The position numbers were made by a program, and so were the translations under genes. The notes beneath the pieces were generated by a model. It saw nothing but the letters and a program-made list of their open reading frames with translations. It searched no databases and was not told the origin of the DNA. From assembly GCF_001194135.2 (NCBI RefSeq), contig NC_069008.1, forward strand, positions 12,671,911-12,735,910: 64,000 nt of DNA, written 5' to 3'. Source of the DNA: Octopus bimaculoides (Eukaryota). Below are positions 38,690 through 51,106 of this stretch, one piece after another. How positions within the stretch are numbered: the first letter of the stretch is position 1; each line of letters opens with the position of its first letter.

Positions 38690-38971
38690 ATTCTATATTT
38701 AAGAGATGCAGAATTATGTACATTATTTACATTTGACCGAAATTTGTCCTCATCTTGTTTGTTGTTAACATAACGTTTCGGCTGATATACCCTCCAGCCT
38801 TCATCAGGTGTCTTGGGGAAATTTCGAACCTGGGTTCCCATTCCTAAGGTATTTTTCGATGTTATTATTATTAGTATTATTATTATTGTTCAGGTCACTG
38901 CTTGGAATTGAACTTGGAATCTTGGGGTTAGTAGCCCGCACTCTTAACCACTATGCCAAATGCCCGTGGGC
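38690..38971 (-). mobile_element. tRNA-headed SINE-like element with an (AAT)n linker and a hammerhead-like motif
   Basis: Head TGGCATAGTGGTTAAGAG (A box), GGG-CTACTAA-CCC, AGTTCAATTCC (B box); then (AAT)n; then the HHR motif at 38767-38812. Confidence 0.65.
38767..38812 (-). ncRNA. Minimal type I hammerhead ribozyme-like motif
   Basis: GACAC-CTGATGA-A-GGCTG(10-nt loop)CAGCC-GAAA-C-GTT^ATGTT. Palindromic AACGTT helix III, one mismatch in helix I, and an extra A after the core. Confidence 0.5.
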
Positions 38972-40009
38972 AATTATGGAGTGAATTTTAGGGTTCAGAG
39001 TCTGGTTTGGTCTGGACCTCCAAGTGGAGAAATACTGAGATGAGGTGATGAACAGGGTGGCCAGTCTCACCTTGAAATTTACTGAGGAAGCTGTCCCTGA
39101 AAGTTCGAGCTAAGGTGGTGAATGCGTACATTGCATCTGTCATCTATTACTGCTTGACCATCATCTCTTGCCCACGCAAAATATTCGACTTTCTGTTTTT
39201 TTCTTAATGAAACGCATGCAGTTGTACTTCTGAAAATTTACCAAAAAATACAAATCCAAAACCGGGAGAAAAAAGAGGAAGAAAGAAAGAAAAAAACAAC
39301 ACATCAATTCAACAATCAGTTATTACTTTCTCACTGCTGGTTAAAATAGTTATTTGTATTTCTCCATAAATTTATTTGTTTACCATCCTCCAATCTATGT
39401 TTATTGTGACTAAACTTATTTCTTAGTGCCATTCACAGCAAAACTTAAAACACCAATGTATGTGTATGGGGAAACGACACGTACTAAATCATCTTCACAG
39501 TCACCTGGGTAAACGCACTCTCCATCTGAGTAATTACTTTTGAGAAACATTTAAATTAAAAATGACACTTCAAAGCGAGACTTATACCTCCTCCTTTAAA
39601 AACGTATTCAGAATGATGGTACCAAATGATATTGTACCATCCGTCACAATACTAAGTTTATCCGATATTGAGATATATACGGAATTCCCCTGATTTTGTG
39701 TCTTAAGTAATTTTTTTTTTATAATTCCACTACATTTAAAAAGTCGATGTTTGTGAATTATCCGATTTCACCCCATATTTTTTTATCACTTTATTTTAAG
39801 TAAAATATTTTGATATACCGCATTTTAACGTGTATAAGGAACCCACTTAAATTTGGAAAAAAGGTTTTGTAAGGGACTATAATACTATCTATGTATAAAA
39901 AACGCCCATATTTTAAAACCTAATTTTTGATTAAAAAAAAGAAAAGAAAAGGAAAAAGGATTCCTTATGCCCGTTAAAATACCGTAATACATATATTTTC
40001 TTTTGGAAG

Positions 40010-40171
40010 CTTATAAAGAGAAACTAAGTACATTTCGCCGTTTGTATTTCCGAGTCGGTTTTTATAATTTCTATTGTGAAAGTTAATTTCGTGTTGAATG
40101 GCGCCTTGAAACATACATTTGATGTAATTCAAGATATTTCATTAGAAACACAGATTTATGCTGCATAACAG
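40010..40171 (+). other. Putative 5'UTR exon (copy E), with no downstream + strand ZNF exon in the window
   Basis: 162-nt homologue ending CATAACAG|GTAAGA (GT 40172-40173). The homologous intron block runs to about 40975. Confidence 0.5.
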
Positions 40172-41020
40172 GTAAGATATAATAATACAAATATTTTCGT
40201 AAAAGTAGTTGGACATGGGTTAGGTAAAACCTTGTTGCTTGGCAGACATTGATAGTAATTCTATTCTCCATCCTTTGTCTCATGATTAGACATGAGTACA
40301 CGTGTGTCAAAAATAAATATTTTAAAATAAGACGTTTAACAAATGCCCTGTAGATTGTGTACATTACGATTTTATCGGAACTTGATGTTTGACAAGAAAA
40401 TTCACAAATTTTGTAAGACGTATGAGGAAACAAAGTCGTGGTTTGTGAATTGTCCGATTTCACCCCATATTTTGTTTTCACATTAGATTCCCACATAATC
40501 ATAATCTACACTACCGGAAACTGATTTGTGGAAAAAAAAATTATCAAATAATTACCTAGTTTTTACGAAGTTAAAAAGTCGAAACTCCTCTACACCCTTC
40601 CGAAAAATGTTTCACAAATTCTGTTATAGCCCCAATTTGCATCCTCTAAAATATATCTGGGAATTTTCGGTAAGAGATAAGTATTTTGCTGAAAGTAATG
40701 AAGAAACATAATTAGTGCGGCACACATCTGTAGTTATGCCCAGATTTAATCAATAACAAGATCGAGTATATTCTGGACGATTCTCTCAACTACGATGTGT
40801 GATTGTATAGAAATATAATGTCAAGATAATTTCTGTTAATGAACGCGTAATAATGGATTGGTAAGCATTTCTATTCCTTCACTCTGAAAATATATTAAAT
40901 ATTTTTCTTTTTGCATATTCATATTGTCATTCAAATCTCTGTTCTCTCATAACACAAAAATCTTTGACATTCCATATACCGACCACGTATGATTCATAAG
41001 TTACTATATATGAAAATATC

Positions 41021-41683
41021 TGTAACGGTTATAGGATGTTGTGTGTTGAGTAGTCGATGTGTCACCCATTGTAACGATAAGTATTATTTACCAATTGTAC
41101 TGGTTAGAAGATGAACGATGAAGATGATCAACATTTTTACAGAAATGTTTATTTACCGTTACTTTATATGTTGCCATACCACGACGGGTAGGCCAGTGTA
41201 ATAGTATAACAGTTTGTACGTAAAACATACAAGGTTAACAATTTCGGCCTGTATCTGTATGTACACTTTTTCATAGTAGTAATTATATATAGAGAGAGAT
41301 GGTAGGGTTATAGAGAAAAGGGTGCGAGCTCGTATTAGTTATAATGTGTGCGCCATTGTCTCACAGTGGTTGACAGTAAACTTTCTCCCTCTGCCAAGGT
41401 TGTAGCTGGTCAGCCAGGCTTCGTTCTCCATGAGTCGTCAAGTGACCACTGGTGACTAAAAAATTTGAAAGAGGAAGTTTGCTTGGAGGTCTCCTGTTTT
41501 TATAGCTATGAAGCAGGGTAGTGAGTGCAAAGGATTTAGCTGGCGGCCTTGTTTATCTCTATTCTAGATGGAGTAGAAGAGGTCAGAAAGGGGTCAAGTG
41601 GTGGAGACACCGCTTCAGCCTAGCTATTCAAATTTGGGTATAGTGGATCGAATCCACTTCACGCCTGCCAGATTCCTATATCA
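41021..41683 (-). mobile_element. LTR (TG...CA), 663 bp
   Basis: On the - strand TGATATAG...CCGTTACA with TATAAAA (about 41500) and AATAAA (about 41150) in the expected order. Homologue at 51107-51950. Confidence 0.65.
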
Positions 41684-42479
41684 CTTTCCTCGACAGTAAG
41701 CTTCGTGGGAGGGAAGCGAACGAACAAACGAGACAAAGAAATGCATGATAAATGCCCTGGAATGGTTGAGGAGAAATTTGGCCAGCCGGTGCATGAGGTA
41801 CTATAAGCCTCGATCGTGCAGGAATAAAAGTGTGGCATGCTGGCGCGTTGTAAGAGACAGACAACTTTCTCTATGTATGCGTGACCAGCCTCGGGTCTTA
41901 CAGAGATGAGTTGTGTCTACAAGGGCGCATTGAGCATGTGAAAACAGGCGACGTAGGCATGTGTGGTGCATGAATGTGACAGAGTTAGCATTTGTGTATA
42001 TATGAACCATGTGTGCAGATGCGTGTGCCAGGCCAGGCACTAAGGAAAAGGTGCATGCGGGTGTGTATGCAACAATACATTTTCAAAGTGAACGAGAAAA
42101 AAAAAAAGGGTACATGCAAAATATGAATCAAATTGAGAAGGCATGCAGACAAAAAAATTCAGGTTATGAGTAAAGGCGGTGCTCCAGCATGGCTGCAGTC
42201 AAATGACTGAAACAAGTAAAAGGGTAAACGTTCTGTTCATGAATAAAATGTTCAGTTCATGAATAAAATGTTCAGTTCATTTGAGTCTGATTGAATAAGC
42301 AGATTAATTTTGATTTAATATGAGAAACAGAAAATTGAATTAATGTGATATAAGTGTTACAGGTATGGTCCTTGTGAAGTTCAGTTGAAAGAAAAAATAT
42401 AATTAAATTTTGTAGCTGTTCGTGTGGAAATTAAAGCATTGGTGCCTGTAAATCACTCACCTGGGATCTTTTTGAAATA

Positions 42480-44190
42480 GCAAACTTGTATGTATTTTGC
42501 TGGCCAGCGAACTCTTCGCCCGCTTCTTGTTCGAGGGTGCTGTGAAGACGTTGAAGTACTTGCGGGAGGTGTTGACGAAACTGTGTCGGTTTGGTTCAGA
42601 GTGGACGATGATGCGAAGAATTCAGGTTCGACGATAGCTTTCTTAAGTCGATTGATACTAATAGTATTTGGCTTGCCATTTCTGTCAACGAGGAAGTATT
42701 TTTCCTTTCTCTGTAGTACTCTGTAGGGTCCAGAATACGGTGGATGGATTTGCGATGGTATTCCATCGTTCCGGATAAAAACGAGCGTCCATTGGTTAAT
42801 GTCCGAGGGAACATATAAGTGTCGGTTTTCTGCAAACGGGGTGCATTAGGTGAGAGATGGGACATATGTACTCGGAGACGATGTACATAAAATGTGGGAT
42901 CAGGAATATCCCTTGGAGGAACTGGAGCAATCATTTGCCCAGGCAGGGCCAGAGTGGTGCCGTAAACTAACTCAGCCGAGGAGTGACCAATGTCGTCCTT
43001 AACGGATATACGGATACCGAGCAGAATAAGAGGAAGGAATTCCATCCATTTGTTTATATCTGGGCATGCACGTATGGCTGCTTTTAATTGCCTGTGAAAT
43101 CTCTCTGTCATGCCGTTTGCCGCTGGGTGATACGCTGTTGTACGGCAGTGCTTGGAACCGATCAGGCACGTGAGTTCACTAAAAAGGCGCAAATCGAATT
43201 GCCGTGATGGTCGCGGGGGACACCAAAGCGCGATACCCATTGATTAATGTCGAGGCATAAAGAAATCTGACCGAATGTGGCTATGGGAGATGAGTCAATA
43301 GCGTGCAGAATAATAGAAGAGTGTTTTGGCTTGTCTGTAGTGAGACGAAGAGGCCAAATGCTACAAGAACCAGTGTGAACCATGAACAATTTTTTCGACA
43401 CCAGATCTTTCACAAAGAATGCAGGATAAGTAGAAAGGGAAGAGGAGGAAGTTGACGTGCCCAACTCCTCTGAAGCTAGTTTAACTGTTTGAAACTACAA
43501 GGCTGGATGCACTTGTGCGCTTTATCTGCAAGTTTGGAGTGGTACCAACACAGCCCGGAGTGTGACCGAGAGGCAGAATGACCGCGACTACGCAAACGGG
43601 AAAAGCGCTTACTACTGCGGCACAACGCGTCCATCCTTTTAGTAAGAGCGTCCAGCTTGGCAGAAAGGTCATCATATGATGAAAGAGAAGATTTAGCTGA
43701 GGCTGCTGAAGGGGCCTCAGAGCAGATGCAAGCCCCACGCGACGATGGCTGTGCAGAGAATCCAAGTATCTTATCCACCATAGTAGCGATTTGGTCCACA
43801 GTGTTGGACTCAAGGGCTGTGGCCAGAATAATTTGAAGGTTGGAAGGCAACCTTGAAAAGAAAATCTTCCTAAGAAGAGGCGTGTCAGCGGCTCAAAAAT
43901 TGTGACTGGGTTTTGTCTCCTAACTGTTCGTCTGCCATTAACTCATTAAATCTACTTTGCTCAGACCTGGTGTTGCAGCGCAGAATCTCCGCTTTGATAG
44001 ACGCACAGGTGGTGTCTGGGCTAGGATCTGTAATGGGATCTCTAGACGTGGTGAGTCGAGGAGGCATGCTACAATAGAGGAGTTGTAGTTGTTGGATTGC
44101 TGAAAGGCCGTGAGCTGAAAAATGTGCTTCTAATTGTGCAAACCACTGTGTCACATCTGTAAATACAGGTAACAATGGGAGAGACATGAT
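42480..44190 (-). mobile_element. Gypsy gag-protease-integrase relic lacking RT/RNase H
   Basis: gag WFAQLEAHF...EQLGDKTQSQFL and CWYHSK..DKAHKCIQPCSF; protease FFVKD..SKKLFMVHTG; integrase WVSRFGVP and RTTAYHPAANGMTERFHRQLKAAI; C-terminal GRRVRWPAKY. Confidence 0.88.
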
Positions 44191-45699
44191 AAAGTCTGTT
44201 TAATCATAATTTGTGAAGGAGTTCTTCACAGGTTAGCCAACGTCGTACGACTGACTCCTTCAGAACTCCAGCTACACAGACTTGGTCAATTTGTGAACGT
44301 CTCAGGTCAGCAGCAGAGGCGAAGAGAGCTGCTGAGGACATGTCTGCATAGTTCAGCTGTTAGCGTCTCAAATCAGATATACAAGAGAACTCTGCTGCTG
44401 CTAGTTTTCTGTGCATGCATGCTGAAGACCCTCAAGATGATGTCACTACACCCTCACCAGTCATTTTGTGGGAGACAAAATAGACAATAAAGGGAAGATA
44501 TTTCTGTAGTGAAGAGGTAAAATTAGAAAGAACGGTTGGTCATTAAAGTAAAATGAAAGCTGGCACTGAGGTATGGAAAGGAATGTGTGTTCTAAGTCAG
44601 GTGAGCCATTTTAACAATGATAGAAGTGTAGGAAATGGGGTTGGCCCTGGGTGGGTGCCTCATGATTTCTTACATAGTTCGTGGAAGGAAATTAGCAGGA
44701 ACAAGATCTCCGAACAAATAACAATAAAGATTTAAAAAATAAAAATTAACAAACAAAAAGGAAATAAAAATTAACAAACAAAAAGGAAAAAAAAACAAAG
44801 TTCACAGTTAAATGTCTGTCCTCTGGCGTATTTGAACTCCTGACCAGTCCTGTGTACTCCAATATAGGTAATCCAATAATGGTTCACAATTGGTGGTGCT
44901 CGTAGTATAATCCAGTTGTCGCAATTTTCAAATTTTTCCTTTTTTCAAAAATTGAATTTACAACACCGCTAAATTTGCCGTGTTCGAATTAAATGTCTTT
45001 TGGCCTATTCGAAATCCTGGCAATCCCAGGTAATCCAATATAGGTACTTCATAATGACTTTAGGCATAAAACAGATGTTCGCCGCGAACTTTGCAGCAAG
45101 CAACAAATAACCGTTTACAAAAAGTCTTCAGAAAAATCAAAAGATAGAAAGAATTCTTGCAGCGAGGTAACGCCCTACTAAAACAAACGCAACTAAAGGA
45201 GAAAAAAAATGCTTCGAGGCCAGTGAAGATACCTTATTTGTAAAAATTAACAATAAAATAACGTAGCTCCACTGTACCCCAAAAACAAATTTCTCCTACC
45301 TTTTAGCTGCCTTACTAATTTCTTTCATGAACTCAGTCGACTTCAAAGTTCCATTTTGGATGGAGTTAAAAAACACCCTTCCACTCTGATCCTCGGGTCT
45401 ACAGGAAGTAGCCAACGCGCAAGACAGGAAGTCAAGGGTAAGCGAGCTACTTGCCTCACTTCAAGCAGCATCACTTGCTTCCTTTTATCTTTTAAATTCT
45501 GTGTTTTTTAAAATATCAATTCCATATTCCTTGGTGTATGTTGTCAGGTATCATTTTTAAATCACAAATCACCCTCCAACAGTTATAACCATCCTTGTAT
45601 TTCAATATTTCGTCTTTTTGACTGTCGGACACTAGAACACATGAATGCCATCCTTCACTATTTGTCCCTCCTTTGACATGAACAAATCTTGCAGTCTTC

Positions 45700-46620
45700 C
45701 ATTTCGATGTCTTATTGAGCAGTTTCCTTGTCCACACCTTCAGCCATCATACAAGCATAAGAATTTTCAGTGTGTTTGTGTTGGAGGGGAATGGGTGGGC
45801 TTGGTGTCTGTGGAGGAGGGTGGGACTGAGAAGGTATGGATGGGGTGGGTATGGTTTGGGGTTCTAATTCAATCTGTCCTTTCTTCCTCTTTTTCTTCCT
45901 TCAGCTACTTTCCACTGGTCTTCTTCATTCCTCTTTTCTTGCACCTTATCCTGCTCCTTTCTAACTTCCTCCTGACTTCTCGTTTTCTGCAGAGGGCAGT
46001 ATCCTCTAATGTAGCCTCTGTGTCCACATTTAAAGCAACAATGAGTTCTGCCCTCTACTCACACTCTCAACACTACATCTCCAATGGTCACTGTTTCAAC
46101 TATATTTTCCAGAGTTTCTGTAGTGCTCTGTATGATCAAGTCCAATGTTTGGCCCTTCCATACTGTATTTTCTGTTTCTGTGACTTGGAAGACTGCTATC
46201 TCTTCTTCATTTCCCAGAAGTACAGCCGCCGCAACTCAAGCCACATCTATTTCCGGTGGGATTTCCTCCACCCCGATCCTGGAAGTCCTTCCATGATATG
46301 TGCATAGTAGGACCACTTTATCTGACTTTACTGTGGTTACAGCATATTCTTTTGCTTTTCCTGCTGTCTTGAAATGAACCACAATTATTCCATATCTGCT
46401 TCCTCTGGCAAGATATGTTATGTCTTGCCAGATGGAGCACAACACCTTCTCTATTATTTCTACCTCAACATTTTCAATTTTCCTTTCTTCCAGGTGTAGA
46501 AATGGCTGGAAGAGTTTAACAACTTTACTAAAGTGGTTAGTATGCTGCCAAGGTAATCTGAGTTGTGGTGCACAAAGTAAATGTCAGCATGTCATTACGT
46601 GTGATAATAATCATTGGCCT
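45700..46620 (-). mobile_element. Non-LTR retrotransposon ORF1 (gag-like) relic with zinc knuckle
   Basis: RTSRIGVEEIPPEIDVA...CFKCGHRGYIRGYCP. The 5' part is homologous at DNA level to 63945-64000. Confidence 0.6.
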
Positions 46621-47046
46621 GCTTGACAAACTCATGTTAACACGTTGACATCTCCACAGCAACTCTATCGGACGCTTGGAAAGACCGTGTTTTACTGTTG
46701 GGCGGAAGTTGCCACATGTATCCTTCTACAAACAGTAGTAAATGGATGAAACGGGCAAGTACGACTGTGCTATGTCGCCACACAGAATAGTGCCAACATA
46801 TCTCACTACATACTCATATTATAAGCAGTGAGCTGGCAGAAGAGTTAGCACACTGGGAAAAATGCTTAATGGCATTTCATCCGTCTTTACATTCTGAGTT
46901 CAAATTCTGCCAGGGTTGACTTTACTTTTCATCCTTTCAGGGTTGATAAAATAAGTACTAGTTGAGCACTGAGGTTGATGTAATCGACTTAGTCCCTCCC
47001 ACCAAATTGCTGGCTTTGTGCCGCCAAAATTTGAAACCAATAGACA

Positions 47047-47081
<35 letters not shown>

Positions 47082-47129
47082 ACAATATATATATATATGA
47101 TGGACTCTTCATTGTATTCAACACATGAG

Positions 47130-47540
47130 CGCCAAGGAATTTTACTTTCCTTTTTCTTAATCCACATTTTGGTCTTTGTGCCTTCTGTGAGACATTAGAC
47201 GTAGACCTACTTTATTTTTACAAGCCAGACTGCATCCTTTATACACAAAACATTGAAAGGAAACTGCATTCTTTTGACCTTACAACTAAATTAATAAGAC
47301 ACTTCTTAAATGTTTCTGCAGTCATTGTTATTATTTTGTCAGAAATAAAGCACTTTGTGACTTTGTTTGCTTTGCAGTTGATATTCTACCAACTGATGTT
47401 GAAGTATTTGGTTTTGCTTCTTGTCCTCTTGGACCTTTTGCACTTGTTTTATCCTTTTCAATCACTTTTTCTAAGACTTTTCGATGGAAGCACTCTAAAT
47501 GTCTTTTCAAATTTCTTGCTCTTGAAGTAGTGTTTTTATT
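47130..47540 (-). mobile_element. Second hAT-like transposase N-terminal fragment
   Basis: NTTSRARNLKRHLECFH (BED-like) followed by DKIITMTAETFKKCLINLVV. Unrelated to the adjacent Buster sequence. Confidence 0.45.
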
Positions 47541-49647
47541 AGAACCACTATCTTCTGCTGGAAAGTAAAACTGAAACCGGTCTGCCAGATTCATCACATG
47601 TTCTCTGATGACATTTCGTAGAGATCTAATAATGTCTTTGCCTGCATCGGCAATGATTGTTGCTAATTGATGAAACATGTCATAACAATCTCTTAGCATT
47701 AAACTCTTCCATGCTTCTAGCTTTCATTTCTGTTCATCGATCTTGTCTGCCATTGTAAAACACGAAGCCATCATGCCCTGCATGGAGGTGTTGAGATCAT
47801 TAAAGATGACAAAGATATCAGCCAAATCGGCCAGCTTGGTTAACCAATCTACATCTCTGAACAATTGCGACCAATTTGGATTTTTGTCCTGAAGAAACTC
47901 TGCAAACTCATTTCGTATTTCAAACACTCTTGACAGAACTTTCTCCCTCAATAACCAACGTACATCAGTATGCAATAGGAGCTGTTTATGATTAGCTCCC
48001 GTATTATCACATAATGCAGTGAATAGTCTCAAATTTAAAGCATTCACTTTTACATGGTTCACAATTTTTACAACATCACTGAGCACACTGCTTAGTTTTT
48101 TTGCAAGACCTTCTTGGTGAAGGAAGCAGAGCGTCGACTTGCATTCTGGGGCAAGTGCCTTAATCTGGGTAACCACTCGTGAATACTGTCTTGCCATTGC
48201 GGCAGCTCCATCCAAACATGCACCTACGCAAAACTTGAAATCCAACCCACATTTGTAAAGATGTAGTCATTCACAATCTTGATCACTTCAGAACTAGTTG
48301 TTTTTGTCGATAGTGAAGCAGAAAAAAACAAACTCTTCCTTCAAATTACCTTCATGTTCAAAGCGCACATATACCATCAGAATTGCCTGATTAGCAAAGC
48401 CTGTACATTCATCAAGCTGCAAAGAAAAGTTAATTTAATCTGTCCTATGAACTGTATCTTTTATAGCTGGAAGAACTAAAGTCTCCCCAATTGTGTGTGG
48501 CTTACCAGTTTTTGCGATTCTCAAACTGATCAAGTAAGACACACACAAAGATTTTTCATTTACTTTGGTGTAACGTTGCATAACGCTCTGTCCTATCTTT
48601 AACTTGGTTAACATTTGCTCAAAAAAAATCAAGAGGCTTGTCTTTTAACTCGGAATGCTTAGTCTCAATATGGCGATGCAATTTGTTTGGACGCATGCTC
48701 TCGTTTGCAAGTTGTTCATAACAAATGATGGATCGTGGTCGTGGATCTTCTTCAACACCACTCCATGTAAATCCCATTTTTAAGTACTCGTAATCATACT
48801 TTCTCAATACTTTTCTTCGCTTTGACTGGCTCAGTTTTGATTGACTGGACCTTTCTTCGTTTCGATTCACTGAAGACTTGTCGTCATCAACTTCAACTGA
48901 CTTTTTTAACCATTTATCCATAATATGAAGAACTGAGTAAATACAAACAATTCTAATTTAGAAAAATAGACAATTTCAACTTAACGATAGATCTGACAGA
49001 ATTAAAATACAACACTTGAGATCATGTGTCATTTTGTAATTAATAATAAGCGTTGTTTCAATCGATGCACTGCTATTCAAACTGTTTATCAGATAGACTC
49101 TATTGATCCATCTACCGCCTAGCTGCTGTCTATTCCAATCATTTCATTGGCTAATTAATAGCCTCCTGGTGATCACTCCTATACATTTTTGAATAATTTA
49201 TAAACTTATTAGTGAAATCCATACTGTCTTATTTATTAAAATTTTTTACTATTTATATTAAATGTGAAACAAAACGTTTTATAACTGTTTCAACGTCTCC
49301 ATACCCTATGGGCAGGTATTAACTCTAATACAAAACCTTGAAGCAGTAACTGTTATCGGCTCGATCAGTGTTGTACTGCGCCTAGTTAAAGTTCTCTATA
49401 AATAGGTAAAAACAGACTTTTCCTTTTTACGATTACGTACGAATAAATAACTCGAGAAAATGACCACCTCTGATTTGTTAAGTTCGTGAAAAAAGCCTAC
49501 TGCTTGATAAAACAACCAGTCTGGTATTAAACACATGAGTTTTGAACTATCTCGATAGACAGCAGTTAATCAAAGCTAATGTGTAATTTTATAACTTTTT
49601 GCGACCCACTAGGATTCCGGTTGTGACTCACAGTTTGGGAGCCGCTG
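47540..49647 (-). mobile_element. hAT Buster-type transposon, 3'-truncated and frameshifted (ZBED5/SCAND3-like)
   Basis: Left end CAGCGGCTCCCAAACTGTG at 49647 abutting an NNNTANNN site (GTCTACAG). BED finger RKYDYEYLKMGF...LANESMRPNKLHRHIETKH. DGAAAM, CFLHQEGL, LLLHTDVRWL. Confidence 0.88.
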
Positions 49648-50450
49648 GTCTACAGTGTCTGAACTTAGATATTCCCGACTTTCTCCTGGGAAGCTCCTGA
49701 TCATATGTTCGTTTATGCTGTTGATATCATCATTGGTTGAAGCAATAACAGCTTGTGAATATAACCATGACAGATTCGTATGCTCTTTGCCTAAACCATC
49801 AAAGACAAATTTGCACATTTCAGAAATAGAAGTTTCTTGGACAAACTCAGGCTGGATTTGAATTGTTTTTGTTTTTTTTATGGGGTTCAATATACATACA
49901 GTTTCCAGCTCCAATGTCGCTTAGATAGGAAGCGAATGTCGCATCAGAGGAATTGCGAATTCTCATGTTTATTGATAGTTTCAATTCTGTGATAGACTTC
50001 CAGATGTATGATGTCTTCAAGGTTGCGTTGAATATCTGAGGTCGACTTCCATGCTTGACACCTGGAAGAATTTGCTTCCAGCTGCCAACAAACAGGACGC
50101 ATATTCCTCCAAACAGATCGTTACACCTCCTGATGTTGTGAAAGGAATGATCCAAGCATTCAAATAGAAGTTTATCACCTTGGCTGACTTCTTTGACTAT
50201 CAACAGGTCAGTCATCCTGAAGAGTTTTGCACTTGCATCCTGTTCAGATATTTGGGAAGTATGCCTCCCCATGTAGGTTGGCAGAAGTACTACTTCTTTA
50301 GTTTTCAGGGGGCTCACAGAGTACCCGCGGGCCATCTCCTCTATGGCAAAATGCACCTCCACGGCACCATATGTCTTGCCCCTTGCAATATAAGTTATGT
50401 CTTTCCATATTGGGGCAAAACATTTTTCAATTTTTCCTTTTGAAAGTGCT
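49648..50450 (-). mobile_element. Helitron RepHel PIF1-helicase fragment
   Basis: FGGICVLFVGSWKQILP...LKLSINMR and AVIASTNDDINSIN...FPGESREYLSSDTVD. Confidence 0.8.
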
Positions 50451-51058
50451 TGAAGTGCTTGTTTTCTGTACAGTAGGTTTTAAACAAAATTGTTTTTCTC
50501 TCCGTATCTACAGTGTTGGAGGAAGGTGATATTTTCACATCACTGTCCTCCTCTTTCATTCTTTTGAAATATTCCTGTAGCATTCCTACAGAAATATCAA
50601 TATTTTCTTTTGCCACTGTGGCAACTGCCAAAAATTTCTTCACAGTGTTGGCACTACTGCCAACATCAATATTACTCTTTTCAAGAGCACATATTTCTCT
50701 GATAATTTCAACCGACATACTCGGCCAAATTAATAACCAAAGAACTAGAGAAAACACAAGAATGAAATAATTTAAATTCTCCTCAAGAACAGTTTAAAAC
50801 AGTTCAAAAACCATTTCAATTCCTGCCCCTGCTGGGGGCAGAGCACACAAATAAGTCTGCAAAGACTTTAAAACAGTTTGATTTTTTTTTAACAAAAAAT
50901 ATATACAATGCCACAATGTTACCATTATANNNNNNNNNNNNNNNNNNNNNNNNNNNNNNNNNNNNNNNNNNNNNNNNNNNNNNNNNNNNNNNNNNNNNNN
51001 NNNNNNNNNNNNNNNNNNNNNNNNNNNNNNNNNNNNNNNNNNNNNNNNNNNNNNNNNN

Positions 51059-51106
<48 letters not shown>

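Noticed and set aside
40526-40711. Tc1-like motif CYSPNLHPLKYIW
   Set aside because: It lies inside the paralogous intron block, whose other copies do not preserve it; probably chance.
44230-44460. PBS and 5' LTR for the Gypsy relic
   Set aside because: The TGGCTAACC and TGTAG motifs are suggestive, but no matching sequence was found at the expected 3' LTR (about 42200-42450).
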